Below the pieces are notes generated by a model, which was not told where the DNA came from, searched no databases, and saw only the letters and a program-made list of their open reading frames with translations. The translations under genes and the position numbers were made by a program. From an uncultured Pseudomonadota bacterium (lineage in GTDB: Bacteria; Pseudomonadota; Alphaproteobacteria; JACZXZ01), in contig CAWJFP010000037.1 in the NCBI GenBank assembly GCA_963842155.1, positions 1-37,168 of the forward strand: a stretch of DNA of 37,168 bases, in the 5' to 3' direction. The number at the start of each line of letters is the position of its first letter. Position 1 is the first letter of the stretch. This document shows, piece after piece, positions 8,532-18,448 of this stretch.

Positions 8532-10490
8532 TCAGCGCACCTTGCGCTTGCCGAAGGTGGGCTGCACTTCCGGAATAGGCGGCATCTGCCAGGTGCCGAC
8601 GACGGGCATGCTCGTGTCGCGGTTGATGACCACGTCGATGAGGGTCGGAATGTCGGCGCGGATCGCTTCGCGATAGGCGTCGCCGAATTGGTCGGGGTGT
8701 TCGACGCGGATGCCGCGCCCGCCCATGGCTTCGGCCATCTTGGCGAAATCCGGATTCCACAGCTTGCCCGTGCTTTCATTGATGAAGCTCGTGCCGATTT
8801 CACGCCCATCGTGATAGACGCGCTGCAGGTCGCGGATGGTGCCAATGGCGTAGTTGTTCTGCAGCACCCACACAGCGGGGAGATTGTATTCGACGGAGGT
8901 GGCGATGGCATGCGACATCATCATGAAGCTGCCGTCGCCGCACAGCGTCACGCAGGGCGAATTGGGCCGGGCAAGCCTTGCGCCCAAGACGCCGGCCACA
9001 CCGAAGCCCATGGGGGCGAAGCCACCGGCCGTTATGTGCGTGCCGGGGGTCCGCGGCTTCCAGTATTGTTCCGACCAGACTTGGCAGTTGCCGACGTCGT
9101 CGACCATCACCGTGTCGGGCGGGGAGATCTTGTTCATCTCCGCCATCATGCGGCGCGGCTCTATGGGCACTTCATTCGAGCGTTCGAAGGGTTCGCAGAA
9201 ATTGCGCCAGTCCGTACGCCAGGCTTCGATTTCCTTGTGCCAGGAGCTGCCATAGCCTAGACGGTTGCCCTTGGCGCGCGCGATCCTCACCGCTTGGGCG
9301 AGGAAGGTCTTGGCATCGCCGACTATGCCGACCTCGACCGGATAGTTGCGCCCAATTTCGTCCGGGTCGATGTCGACCTGGATGAGGCGTGTCGGCGGGA
9401 TGTTGTAGACATAGCCCGGAATCCACGAGCCCGTATGGAGGTCGTTGAAGCGGGCGCCGATAGCGAGGATCACATCGGCACTGCGGGCGGCTTCGGTGGC
9501 CGGATACTCGCCCCAGACACCGGCGACGCCGAGATTGAGCCGGTGATCGGAGGGAAGCACGCTTTTGCCCATGAAGGACGTATAGACAGGAATGTCGAGT
9601 TGTTCGGCGAGCGCCTTTAATTCCTCATAGGCGCGGGCGACCCGCACGCCGCCGCCGGCGAGGATCAACGGCCGTTGGACGCTGACGAGAAGGTTGAGCG
9701 CCTTCTCGACGGTCTCGTCGGCAACCGTGGTGCGCCAGTTGAGCGGGTGTACATTCGGGTCGGGGGTCGAGACCGGCGCGGTTCTCATATAGAGGTCGTA
9801 GGGCATGTCGAAGTGCACGGGTCCCGGCCTGCCGCTGCGCATCATCGAGAAGGCGTCGGGCAGCGCTTTGACCAGATCCTCAACCTTGCGAATGCGCCAG
9901 GATTTCTTGACGATCGGCGCGAACATCGAGGACATGTCGCCGTGGTAACGGTAGTCGTCCTGCAGGGCGCCGGTGTTGAACTGGGTCGTCGGCACCTGCC
10001 CGGTGATGAGGAAGAACGCTGAGCAGTCATAGAAGGCGTTGGCCACCGAGATCATCATGTTCATGGGGCCCGGACCGGTGGAGGTATAGACGGCGAGCGG
10101 CTGCCCGGTGAGGCGATAGTAGACGTCGGCCATGAAACCGCCTGCCTGCTCTATGCGGGGCGAGATATGGCGGATGCGGTCGGTCTTTTTGTAGAGCCCG
10201 TCGAGTAGGCCGATGGCGCCATGTCCGGCATAGCCGAGGATGTAGGGGACTTTCTCCTTGAACAGATACTCGGCGATGATGTCGGTGCCGCGCATCTCGT
10301 TGGAACCGCCGGGGTAGGGTGAACCTCGTGCCTGCGACCCATAGGGCGAGTAATCAGACGATGTAGTGCCGCGCATCTCGTTGGAACCGCCGGGGTAGGT
10401 TGAACCTCGTGCCTGCGACCCATAGGGCGAGTAACCAGACGATGTGGATTGGGATCCGTAGCCTTCATACGATCTGGGCCGGTCCTGCAT
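8532..10490 (-). CDS. Thiamine-pyrophosphate-dependent enzyme (acetolactate synthase / sulfoacetaldehyde acetyltransferase-like) with a 65-aa S/Y/G-rich low-complexity N-terminal extension
   Basis: The core from DIIAEYLFKEKVPYILGYAGHGAIGLL onward has the Pyr domain, a central domain and the TPP-binding motif LCGDGSFMMMSHAIATSVEYNLPAVWVLQNN (GDG...NN). The ORF starts at 10490 with a strong GGAGG Shine-Dalgarno (caggaggactaaccATG). The internal candidate start M66 (10295) has no Shine-Dalgarno. Confidence 0.8.
   Translation of the reverse strand: MQDRPRSYEGYGSQSTSSGYSPYGSQARGSTYPGGSNEMRGTTSSDYSPYGSQARGSPYPGGSNEMRGTDIIAEYLFKEKVPYILGYAGHGAIGLLDGLYKKTDRIRHISPRIEQAGGFMADVYYRLTGQPLAVYTSTGPGPMNMMISVANAFYDCSAFFLITGQVPTTQFNTGALQDDYRYHGDMSSMFAPIVKKSWRIRKVEDLVKALPDAFSMMRSGRPGPVHFDMPYDLYMRTAPVSTPDPNVHPLNWRTTVADETVEKALNLLVSVQRPLILAGGGVRVARAYEELKALAEQLDIPVYTSFMGKSVLPSDHRLNLGVAGVWGEYPATEAARSADVILAIGARFNDLHTGSWIPGYVYNIPPTRLIQVDIDPDEIGRNYPVEVGIVGDAKTFLAQAVRIARAKGNRLGYGSSWHKEIEAWRTDWRNFCEPFERSNEVPIEPRRMMAEMNKISPPDTVMVDDVGNCQVWSEQYWKPRTPGTHITAGGFAPMGFGVAGVLGARLARPNSPCVTLCGDGSFMMMSHAIATSVEYNLPAVWVLQNNYAIGTIRDLQRVYHDGREIGTSFINESTGKLWNPDFAKMAEAMGGRGIRVEHPDQFGDAYREAIRADIPTLIDVVINRDTSMPVVGTWQMPPIPEVQPTFGKRKVR
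10284..10445. repeat. 81-bp in-frame tandem duplication (2 copies, about 96% identical) inside the 5' end of the TPP-enzyme gene
   Basis: gtgccgcgcatctcgttggaaccgccggggtagg(g/t)tgaacctcgtgcctgcgacccatagggcgagtaa(t/c)cagacgatgt(a/gg) occurs at 10285 and again at 10366. It encodes TSS(G/D)YSPYGSQARGS(T/P)YPGGSNEMRGT twice. Confidence 0.85.
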
Positions 10491-10816
10491 GGTTAGTCCT
10501 CCTGTTGTTTCCTTCGGGTCGATTGGGTTGGTTCAGTGAGCCGTGGTCAGGAATGGGGCGCGCATCGCATCTCTTGCTCGACTATGGCGCCGCTCCCGAA
10601 GGGCAAACCCAGCGCCCCCACCCGTCGCGACCGCCGGTCTCGCTTAAAATGGCGGCCAACCGCCCAACAGAAAATACCCTGAGGAACGAAAGTTTCACGC
10701 AAAAAAGCTAAGCCGGCGTTAGCCGACCCGCGCATATTGTGCCGCCTTTCGGCGTCGCGTGCGTGGCGTCTCGGCCGCGCACTGGCGCGGCCGAGAGCTT
10801 TGTCCACTTGTCGCGG

Positions 10817-12080
10817 CTAGTCGTAGACCTTCTTGCACACCGGCACTTCGCGCCCGGGCAGGCCGATTCTGTCGAAGACCGCCTTGGAAAAGCCAAGCCT
10901 CTCGTTCACGTCGGGCACGACCTTGACGACCTTGGTGACGAGATTGCCGTCCTTGTCCTTGACAACTTCGGTGACGAAAACCGTGCCGATCGCTTGGCGA
11001 TTCTCATCGAGCTTGATCTGTCCGTTCGGCGCGTCGAGCACGAGCGACGCCAGCGCTGCACGGTATTTCTTCTGGCCGTCGCTGAGATCGCCGTTGACCT
11101 TGTCGAGCGCCAGCAGCGCGGCGGTCGTCTCGTCGTAATAATTGACGGCGCAAAACGATGGGCTAGTGAAGCGCTTCTCCGGCGGCCAGGCGTCCTGGTA
11201 CGCCTTCACGAACGCCTGCCAACGCGGATCGTCCCAGGTATCGGCGAAGTGGGCTGCGGAGGCGACGCCGATCAGCGTCTCTTTCGCCTTGCCCTTCGAC
11301 GACAGTATGGTCTGGTCGATCATGATCGAGCCGCCGATGAGCTTGGCATTGCCGCCGGCCTGCTGGTACTGGTTGAGGAAGTTCACGGCATCGGCGCCGC
11401 CGAGGCCGAGATAGATGGCATCGACGTCATCCGGCAGCGACGCGATGGTGGAGGCGAAGTCCTTGGTGCCGAGCGGCACCCACAGGCGCTTGGTGATCTC
11501 GCCGCCGAGCGGGCAATAATCGAGCGCGAGGCCGAACACCTGCGTGTAGGTGAACGCATAGTCCTCGGCGAGCGTCGCGATCTTCTTGTAGTGCTTGACG
11601 TTGTAGATGTACTCGCCCAGCCCCTTATGGATCTGGGCGCCGTCGAGGTTGAAGCGGAAGAAATTCGGCGCCGGATCGACATAGGTCGTCTCCAGCGCGG
11701 CGGAGCAGCCGTTGAGGAACGTGACCTGCGGCTGGGTCTTCGCATAATCATGTATCGCGATGCCTTCCGCGCCCGACAGCGGGGCGATGAGGATATCGAC
11801 CTTGTCCTGCTCGACCAGCTTCTTGGCGGCGCGCAGCGCCGAATCCGGAGTCGTGTCCGATGAGCCTCTGAAGATCTCGAGGTCCTTGCCGCCCGCCTTG
11901 TTGTGATGCTGCATCAGGGCGAGGTCGAAGCCGCGCTGGCCGTCCTCGCCGAGACTGGTGTAGGTACCTTCAAGCGTCGAGAAGAAGCCGATTTTGATCT
12001 TGTCGGCAGCGTTGGCCGATCCGATGCCGACGAGCGCGGCCAACGCGGCCGCGACTACCAATTCCAGTACCCTTACGCAT
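10817..12080 (-). CDS. ABC transporter substrate-binding protein, branched-chain amino acid (LivK/LivJ, PBP type I) family; signal-peptide region carries an apparent +1 frameshift
   Basis: The 414-aa ORF has LIV-binding-protein architecture (KIGFFSTLEGTYTSLG..., ...AIYLGLGGADAVNFLNQYQQAGG...). The in-frame start is only TTG at 12061, giving a truncated, uncharged signal peptide. ATG at 12080 with an AGGAGGG Shine-Dalgarno lies one frame off. Removing one G from aaGGGt restores MRKVLELVVAAALAALVGIGSANA|ADKIKIG, a textbook signal peptide. Confidence 0.75.
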
Positions 12081-12404
12081 GGGTGGTTCCCTCCTGTGTC
12101 CGAGCGCCGTTAGACGGTGTCGTTTGCCGACCGAATGCGTTTGCGTGTTTTCGGGATGTGACCGTCGCCCCGTGCCCAGCCGACTATTAATCATCGTAGC
12201 AGTGGGCGCCCCGGGGCCACAAGCCCGACCACGGTCGAAGCGCATCGCGCCGCCGTGTCTGGCAGTCTGATTCTTGGACCCGCGCGGGGTCGATCGCCAT
12301 GGTTGGCCACCCGCGGCCACAGCAAGGCACCCACTTGTCAACGACGCCCCGCCAGCGTTTAATCCGGCAAACAAAACAATAACCTGCGCGTTGGGAGGCA
12401 ACTT

Positions 12405-13232
12405 ATGAGTACGGCTTTGGCGGTCTGTCATGGGTCGTTCGGCCGTATGGCAGTCTATCGGCTGGACAAACCGATGCGCACCCACGCCCATCGCGAGGGC
12501 CATTTGACCTTTCAGCTCGGCGGCCCGCCGGCGGTCGTGACCATTTCGGACGTTCCCCATTTGGTTGATGAAGCTGCGGGCGTCGCGATCAACCCTTGGC
12601 AACCGCATTCCTTTCAGCCTTGTTCGGAGGATAAACCCTCGGTTTTTCTGGTCGCCTACATCTGTGATCGCTGGCTCGACCGCGATCACGACGGCCGTGG
12701 CAGCCTTCGTTTTGGTGCCAATGGGATTCGAGTCGGCACGACCATTCGCTCGATCTGCGCCAGTCTCGCGCACACCCTGGTGACGAACGCGAGTTATCGA
12801 CTGGTGAATCGCTATTTGAATCAGCTCCTTGACGCGAGTTTCGACGCATCCTGGAAGAGTGGCGAGCGAGCCAACTTGGCGCCGCTGCCGCGCGCGTCGG
12901 TCGACTTCCGCGTTCGCAAATCGCTGCGCATTTTGGACGAGGGCATTACTGAGGGCATCGAACTCGACGCGGTGGCGCGTGATGCCGGCCTGTCGCGCCC
13001 GCATTTCTTCAAGCTGTTCCGCGAAACCACTGGCGTGACGCCCGCGCTCTATGCCAACACGATACGCGTCGAGCGGGCACTTGATCGGCTCGTGAGCTCG
13101 CGAACCTCGATCACCGACATCAGCTACGAACTCGGCTTTTGCTCACAGAGCCATTTCACCCATTTCTTTTCTGCACATGTCGGGATTGCGCCCATGCTTT
13201 ACCGGACCGTCGCGCGGGTCGTCAGCGAATAG
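12405..13232 (+). CDS. AraC-family transcriptional regulator
   Basis: The C-terminal dual helix-turn-helix has typical AraC signatures (...LDAVARDAGLSRPHFFKLFRETTGVTPALYANTIRVERALDRL...ITDISYELGFCSQSHFTHFFSAHVGIAPMLYR). It is transcribed divergently from the SBP gene and lies upstream of the permease operon. Confidence 0.85.
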   Translation: MSTALAVCHGSFGRMAVYRLDKPMRTHAHREGHLTFQLGGPPAVVTISDVPHLVDEAAGVAINPWQPHSFQPCSEDKPSVFLVAYICDRWLDRDHDGRGSLRFGANGIRVGTTIRSICASLAHTLVTNASYRLVNRYLNQLLDASFDASWKSGERANLAPLPRASVDFRVRKSLRILDEGITEGIELDAVARDAGLSRPHFFKLFRETTGVTPALYANTIRVERALDRLVSSRTSITDISYELGFCSQSHFTHFFSAHVGIAPMLYRTVARVVSE

Positions 13233-13314
13233 CTAACAGCGCGAAAATCAGACTAACAAGCATGTCTCGGCGCCCTCGCTCGGGTAGTTTTCGGCAAAAG
13301 TCGGAGGGAGGTAG

Positions 13315-14382
13315 GTGGCCACGACTTTTGGCGATGACGGCGGAGTGCAGGTGTCGGCGCGCGGCGATGCGCTTGGCCGCTGGGTCGGGCGTCACCCCGT
13401 CGCCGCACTTATCATTGCCGTTGCGATCATTGTTGTGCTCTGGCTCGTCCTGGCACCGTGGCCGGCGGGATTCGAGGACGTGTTCGGGAAGAAGCGCCTC
13501 TTTATCAACGCGCTCTTCAACGGCATCACGCTCGGGGGCTTGTATTTTCTCGTCGCCACCGGCTTCACGCTGATCTTCGGCCTCATGCGCAACGTCAACC
13601 TCGCGCATGGCTCGCTCTACCTGTTCGGCGGTTATATGGGCTACGAGGCCGGCCAGTGGACCGGCTCGTGGCTCTTTAGCTACGTCGTTGCATTTGCTTG
13701 TTGCGCCATAATCGGCGTCGCCATGCAGGTCCTTATCTTTCGCCGGATGGAGGGGCAGGACCTGCGCCAGACGCTGGTCACGCTCGGCCTCTCGATCATC
13801 TTCTCCGACCTCATGGTCTGGGTCTGGGGCGGGGACGCGGTCCAGATCGATACGCCAAACTATTTGTCAGGCCCGGTCCCGACCCCCATCGTTGTTGCCG
13901 TCAAATCAAGCGGCGAGGCGGTCTTTCTTCAATATCCGCGCGTGAGACTTGTCATTTTCGCCGCGGCGGTCCTCATCGGCGTAGGGATGTGGCTCGCTCT
14001 CCATCGCACGCGGATCGGCGTGATGATCCGCGCCGGCGTCGACGATCGCGACATGCTGTCGGTCCTCGGATACCGGGTTCAGCTGCTCTTCGTCCTCGTA
14101 TTCGCGTTCGGCGCCGGGCTCGCGGGAATGGCGGGCATCGTCGGCGGGACCTTTACATCGATCTCGCTCGGCGAAGATTCGCATTTCCTGCTGGCGTCGC
14201 TGCAGGTGGTCATCGTCGGCGGCATGGGGTCGATACCGGGCGCGGCGCTCGGGGCCCTCATCATTGGCTGCTCCGAACAATTCGGCCAAGTCTACTTCCA
14301 GAACTACGCAATCGTCTCGACCTTCCTGATCATGGTCATCGTTCTCGCCATTCGTCCGCAGGGGCTGTTGGGAAAACGCTGA
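13315..14382 (+). CDS. Branched-chain amino acid ABC transporter permease (LivH family)
   Basis: GTG start with a GGAGGGAGG Shine-Dalgarno. Multiple TM helices and the conserved LivH signature ...GITLGGLYFLVATGFTLIFGLMRNVNLAHG... Confidence 0.8.
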   Translation: MATTFGDDGGVQVSARGDALGRWVGRHPVAALIIAVAIIVVLWLVLAPWPAGFEDVFGKKRLFINALFNGITLGGLYFLVATGFTLIFGLMRNVNLAHGSLYLFGGYMGYEAGQWTGSWLFSYVVAFACCAIIGVAMQVLIFRRMEGQDLRQTLVTLGLSIIFSDLMVWVWGGDAVQIDTPNYLSGPVPTPIVVAVKSSGEAVFLQYPRVRLVIFAAAVLIGVGMWLALHRTRIGVMIRAGVDDRDMLSVLGYRVQLLFVLVFAFGAGLAGMAGIVGGTFTSISLGEDSHFLLASLQVVIVGGMGSIPGAALGALIIGCSEQFGQVYFQNYAIVSTFLIMVIVLAIRPQGLLGKR

Positions 14383-15456
14383 ATGGCACTGGCGCAGACC
14401 ACGGAATCCGGCCCCGTCGGCTTTGGCAGCGCGCAGCGCAGCTTAGCGCCGCGCTGGGCGTCCCAGCTCTCGCCGATCCTGCTGCTCGGCCTTCTCCTGG
14501 TGCTTCTCCCGGTGGTTGCGAGCGATTTCGTGCTCGACCAGATCGTCGGCTGGGCCTTGGTCCTCGGCATGATCGCGCTGTCGCTGATGTTCCTCGCCGG
14601 CTATGGCGGCATGGTCAGCTTGGTGCAGATGACCGTCGCAGGCGTCGCCGGATACATGATCACCGTGCTCGGAGCGAGTTCACATCCCTCGATCAGCCTG
14701 TTCTGGCCGTGGTGGGTGGCGGCGCCGGTGGCGATCGTGATCGCCGTCGCCTTCGGGACGCTCGCCGGCGCGCTCTCCGCGCGCACCGAGGGCATCTATA
14801 CGATCATGATCACGCTGGCGATCGCCGCCGCTTTCTTCTACCTGACCCTTCAGAACTACTCGATTTTTAACGGTTTCAACGGGTTCACGACGATTCCGGC
14901 GCCGCTAGTTCCTTCGGCGTCAATTGGAAAGCGCCGATCCCGCTCTATTACCTGATTCTGTTTTTCGCCGCGCTCAGCTACGCCGTTGTCGTCGTACGTC
15001 TCCCGCGCGCCGTTCGGCCTCGCTCTGCAAGGCGTGCGCGACAACCCGCGCCGCATGGCGGCGATCGGCTACAACGTCACCGCGCACCGCATCGCGGCGT
15101 ACGCCTTCGCGGCGCTCATCGCGGCGATCGGCGGCATCCTGATGGTGTGGCTCAACAACCAGATCTCTCCCGGCACGGCCGGCATCGAGGCGACGATCGA
15201 CCTTCTCGTCATCGCGGTCGTCGGCGGGCTCGGCCATCCGATCGGCGCCTTTGTCGGCGCGATCATCTACGTCATCCTGCGCACGTTCGCGCTTGACGCG
15301 CTTATCGCGGTCGGACTCGACGGCCGCCGCTTCCAGACCATCATCGGGCTCGGCTTTCTCGTCGTCGTGCTTTTTTCGCCCGATGGAGTGATCGGCCTTT
15401 GGCGGCGGTGGTCGGCGTGGCGCGTCCGCACCTCTGGCGGGAGGAACGGCCGGTGA
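14383..15456 (+). CDS. Branched-chain amino acid ABC transporter permease (LivM family), interrupted by a compensating -1/+1 frameshift pair about 85 bp apart
   Basis: ORFs 14383..14955 and 14986..15456 are in the same frame (both coordinates = 1 mod 3). The 28 codons between them read as genuine hydrophobic LivM sequence (SFGVNWKAPIPLYYLILFFAALSYAVVV) only in the -1 frame. A missing T at about 14910 (gtt-cc) and an extra G at about 14994 (gtcgtcGtac) explain this. In the main frame the connecting segment gives PSASIGKRRSRSIT* with a stop. Confidence 0.7.
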
Positions 15457-16235
15457 GCTCGATCGCCGAACGGATGGCTGCGGCCGGCACCGGCAACGCG
15501 ATCGAATTGCGCGGTGTGAGCCGCTTTTTCGGCGCGCTCGCGGCCTTGACCGACATCACGCTCGGCGTGCGACCCGGAGAGCGACGCGCCGTGCTCGGAT
15601 CGAACGGCGCGGGCAAGACGACGCTGCTCAATTGCGTGACCGGCGATTTTCCACCGACGTCGGGAACCGTGCGATTCTTCGGCGAGGACGTCACGACGCT
15701 GCCGCCGCACGAGCGCATTCGCCGCGGGCTCCGTCGCACCTACCAGATTTCGCTGCTGTTCCAGCGCCTCTCGGTGCGCGACAACGTCTATCTCGCCTGC
15801 CGCGGCGTCTCGCGCGGCCGCTTCTCCTTCATCCGCACGCGCGCGAGTGACGCGCTCATGCAGTCGGTCGCGGACCTCATCTCGCTGGTCCATCTCGAAT
15901 CGGTGACCGATCGTCTGGTCGGGGAGCTGGCGCACGGCCAGCAGCGCCAGCTCGAAATCGCGCTGGCGCTTGCCGGCGCGCCGCGCTTCATCCTTTTCGA
16001 CGAGCCGGCGGCGGGCCTTTCGCCAAACGAACGGGCCGATCTGGTCGCGATCCTCACCGCACTTCCCGCCCATATCGGCTACATCATCATCGAGCATGAC
16101 ATGGACGTCGCGCTGCGGGTCGTCGAGAGCGTCACGATGATGCACAACGGACGCATCTTCAAGGAAGGTTCGCCGCGCGAGATCGAGGCGGATCCCGAGG
16201 TGCAGCAATTGTATTTGGGTGGCGGCCATGCCTGA
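15453..16235 (+). CDS. ABC transporter ATP-binding protein (LivG family)
   Basis: Walker [10 protein letters not shown], signature [15 protein letters not shown] and Walker B FILFDEP; ends ...[12 protein letters not shown]. The GTG start overlaps the LivM stop (GTGA) and has a GGGAGGA Shine-Dalgarno. The internal ATG at 15474 is also possible. Confidence 0.8.
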   Translation: MSSIAERMAAAGTGNAIELRGVSRFFGALAALTDITLGVRPGERRAVLGSNGAGKTTLLNCVTGDFPPTSGTVRFFGEDVTTLPPHERIRRGLRRTYQISLLFQRLSVRDNVYLACRGVSRGRFSFIRTRASDALMQSVADLISLVHLESVTDRLVGELAHGQQRQLEIALALAGAPRFILFDEPAAGLSPNERADLVAILTALPAHIGYIIIEHDMDVALRVVESVTMMHNGRIFKEGSPREIEADPEVQQLYLGGGHA

Positions 16236-18444
16236 GCGTCGTCCCCCCAACCTGTTGGAGATCAATGGGCTCAACGTCTTCTATGGCCGCAGCCACGCAC
16301 TTCAGGGCGTGGATTTAAAGCTCGAGCACGGCGTGCTTTCGCTGGTGGGACGCAACGGGATGGGAAAGACGACGCTGTGCAATGCGATCGTCGGCCTGAT
16401 CCCGGTCGCCAGCGGCTCGATCCGTTTCATGGGAGAGGAGCTCGTCGGCCGCACGCCAGCCGAGATCGCGCGGCTGGGCCTCGGCTACGTGCCGCAGGGC
16501 CGACGGCTGTGGCCTTCGCTCACGGTCGACGAGCATTTGCGGCTCGCCGCCGGCAATGGCCGGTCGCAGTGGACCATCGCACGCATCTACGAAACATTCC
16601 CGCGGCTGGCGGAACGGCGCACCAATCGCGGTAACCAGCTCTCCGGCGGCGAGCAGCAGATGCTCGCCATTTCGCGCGCGCTCCTTCTCAATCCGCGCCT
16701 GCTCATCATGGACGAGCCGACCGAGGGACTTGCTCCGATCATCGTCGAGCAAGTCGAAGAGATCGTGCTCGGCCTCGGCGAGCAGGGCGACATCGGAGTT
16801 GTCGTTGTCGAGCAGAACATCGGGGTCGCAACCGCAATCGCCGAGAAAGTCGCGATCATGATCAACGGACGGATCAACCGGATCATGGAAGCAGCGCGTC
16901 TGGAGGCGGACCGCGAACTGCAACAGAGATTGCTTGGCGTCGGCGAGCAGGGCGAGGCGGAACCGCCCGTAGAGCCTGGCGAGGCGCCGACCGCGGAAGG
17001 CGGGCGCCGACCGGCGAAGGCGCGCGGGCCGGTCCGCGTCTACGTTTCAAACCCGACGATGCCGACGCGCTGGTCACAGCCGGTCCCCGCCACTCAGATT
17101 GAAACCGCAGCACGCACGCATACAGTTGCGCCCGAGCCCGCAACGTCGGGCGCTGCGCCCGCTGTCGAGCTGCGGCCGATCCATCGCGGCGGCGCGGCGC
17201 CGGTGATCGTCGCAGGAACGCTCGACACCAAAGGCGCTGAACTGCGCTTCATTCGCGACCAGATCGCCGCCGCCGGGGTGCGCGTAATTCTGGTCGATCT
17301 TTCCACCTCTGGCGAGCCGTCGCCCGCCGACGTGCCGCCGCACCATGTCGCGACATATTTCCGCGGCGGGCCAAACGCGGTCTTCACCGGCGAGCGGGGC
17401 GCCGCGATCACAGCGATGGCGGAGGCGTTCGAGGCGTGGATCCGGCGGCAGGAACCGGTCGGCGGTCTCATTTCGGCGGGCGGATCAGGCGGTAGTTCGC
17501 TGGTCGCGCCGGCGATGCGGGCGCTGCCGATCGGCGTGCCCAAGGTCCTCATCTCGTCGGTCGCCTCGGGCAATGTCGCGCCTTATGTCGGTCCGTCGGA
17601 TATCATGATGCTCTACTCCGTGACCGACGTCGCCGGCCTCAATTCAGTGACGCGCCAGGTTCTCGGCAACGGGGCCGCGGCTATGGTCGGCATGGTGAAG
17701 GCGCGCGCCGCCAGCGTCGAGCGCGATCGGGTGCCTGCGCGGCGCGGCGGCGGTAAGCCGGCGATCGGCCTCACCATGTTCGGGGTGACGACGCCCTGCG
17801 TCGACGCGGTGGTCGACGCGCTCGAAGAGGACTTCGAGTGTCTCGTTTTCCACGCGACGGGCATCGGCGGGCAATCCATGGAGAAGCTCGTCGATTCCGG
17901 CGTCCTCGCGGGAGTGATCGACATTACAACAACCGAGGTCTGCGATCTTCTGTGCGGCGGGGTGTTTCCGGCCACCGAGGATCGGTTCGGAGCGATCGTG
18001 CGCACCAGAGTCCCTTATGTCGGTTCATGCGGGGCGCTCGACATGGTGAACTTCGGGTCCATGGACAGCGTCCCCGAGCGCTATCGCGGCCGCAACCTCC
18101 ACATCCACAATCCCACCGTGACGCTGATGCGCACGACGCCCGAGGAGAACGTGCGGATCGGACGCTGGATCGGAGAGCGGCTCAACTTGATGGACGGCCC
18201 GGTGCGCTTTTTCCTGCCGGAGGGCGGCGTCTCGGCGCTTGACGCGCCGGGTCGGCCGTTTTCGGATCCGATCGCCGACGAAGAGCTGTTCAGATCGCTC
18301 GAAGCAACCGTTCGACAAACCGCCTCGCGCCGCCTCATCCGGCTGCAGGCGCATATCAACGACCCGCGCTTCTCGGCAGAAATCGTCGCCGAATTTCGTC
18401 GGTTGTTCGGTGGCCGGCTCGCCCGCCGGCGGGCAAAGGGGTAG
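16219..18444 (+). CDS. Continuous 741-aa ORF: LivF-like ABC ATPase (aa 1-240), PAE-rich low-complexity linker (about 90 aa), and UPF0261 / Tm-1-like domain (aa ~320-741)
   Basis: N-terminus: Walker [10 protein letters not shown], signature [15 protein letters not shown], Walker B LLIMDEP; the LivF body ends around ...[10 protein letters not shown]. There is no stop after that point. The ORF continues ...[21 protein letters not shown]...[15 protein letters not shown] and then [35 protein letters not shown]...[32 protein letters not shown]...[11 protein letters not shown]...FHATGIGG, which is typical of the UPF0261 family. The start is GTG 16219 or ATG 16228, overlapping the LivG stop. Confidence 0.6.
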   Translation: MAAMPERRPPNLLEINGLNVFYGRSHALQGVDLKLEHGVLSLVGRNGMGKTTLCNAIVGLIPVASGSIRFMGEELVGRTPAEIARLGLGYVPQGRRLWPSLTVDEHLRLAAGNGRSQWTIARIYETFPRLAERRTNRGNQLSGGEQQMLAISRALLLNPRLLIMDEPTEGLAPIIVEQVEEIVLGLGEQGDIGVVVVEQNIGVATAIAEKVAIMINGRINRIMEAARLEADRELQQRLLGVGEQGEAEPPVEPGEAPTAEGGRRPAKARGPVRVYVSNPTMPTRWSQPVPATQIETAARTHTVAPEPATSGAAPAVELRPIHRGGAAPVIVAGTLDTKGAELRFIRDQIAAAGVRVILVDLSTSGEPSPADVPPHHVATYFRGGPNAVFTGERGAAITAMAEAFEAWIRRQEPVGGLISAGGSGGSSLVAPAMRALPIGVPKVLISSVASGNVAPYVGPSDIMMLYSVTDVAGLNSVTRQVLGNGAAAMVGMVKARAASVERDRVPARRGGGKPAIGLTMFGVTTPCVDAVVDALEEDFECLVFHATGIGGQSMEKLVDSGVLAGVIDITTTEVCDLLCGGVFPATEDRFGAIVRTRVPYVGSCGALDMVNFGSMDSVPERYRGRNLHIHNPTVTLMRTTPEENVRIGRWIGERLNLMDGPVRFFLPEGGVSALDAPGRPFSDPIADEELFRSLEATVRQTASRRLIRLQAHINDPRFSAEIVAEFRRLFGGRLARRRAKG

Positions 18445-18448
18445 CCGC

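Noticed and set aside
8532-8911. ORFs 8346..9260 (+) and 8519..8911 (-) at the 3' end of the TPP-enzyme gene
   Set aside because: They overlap a well-conserved TPP-binding domain on the other strand or frame and have low-complexity composition.
10284-10445. 81-bp direct repeats (and the 132-bp repeats at 20040-21650) as a possible CRISPR array
   Set aside because: The repeats are contiguous with no spacers and lie in-frame inside coding sequence. No cas genes are present.
10739-13004. ORFs 10739..11863 (+) 374 aa and 11970..13004 (-) 344 aa
   Set aside because: They overlap the well-supported SBP and AraC genes on the opposite strands. Their products are Arg/Gly/Asp-rich with no family resemblance, typical of high-GC shadow ORFs.
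13698-14870. ORF 13698..14870 (+) 390 aa overlapping LivH/LivM
   Set aside because: It is the wrong frame of the permease genes (Arg/Pro/Gly-rich, no TM helices).
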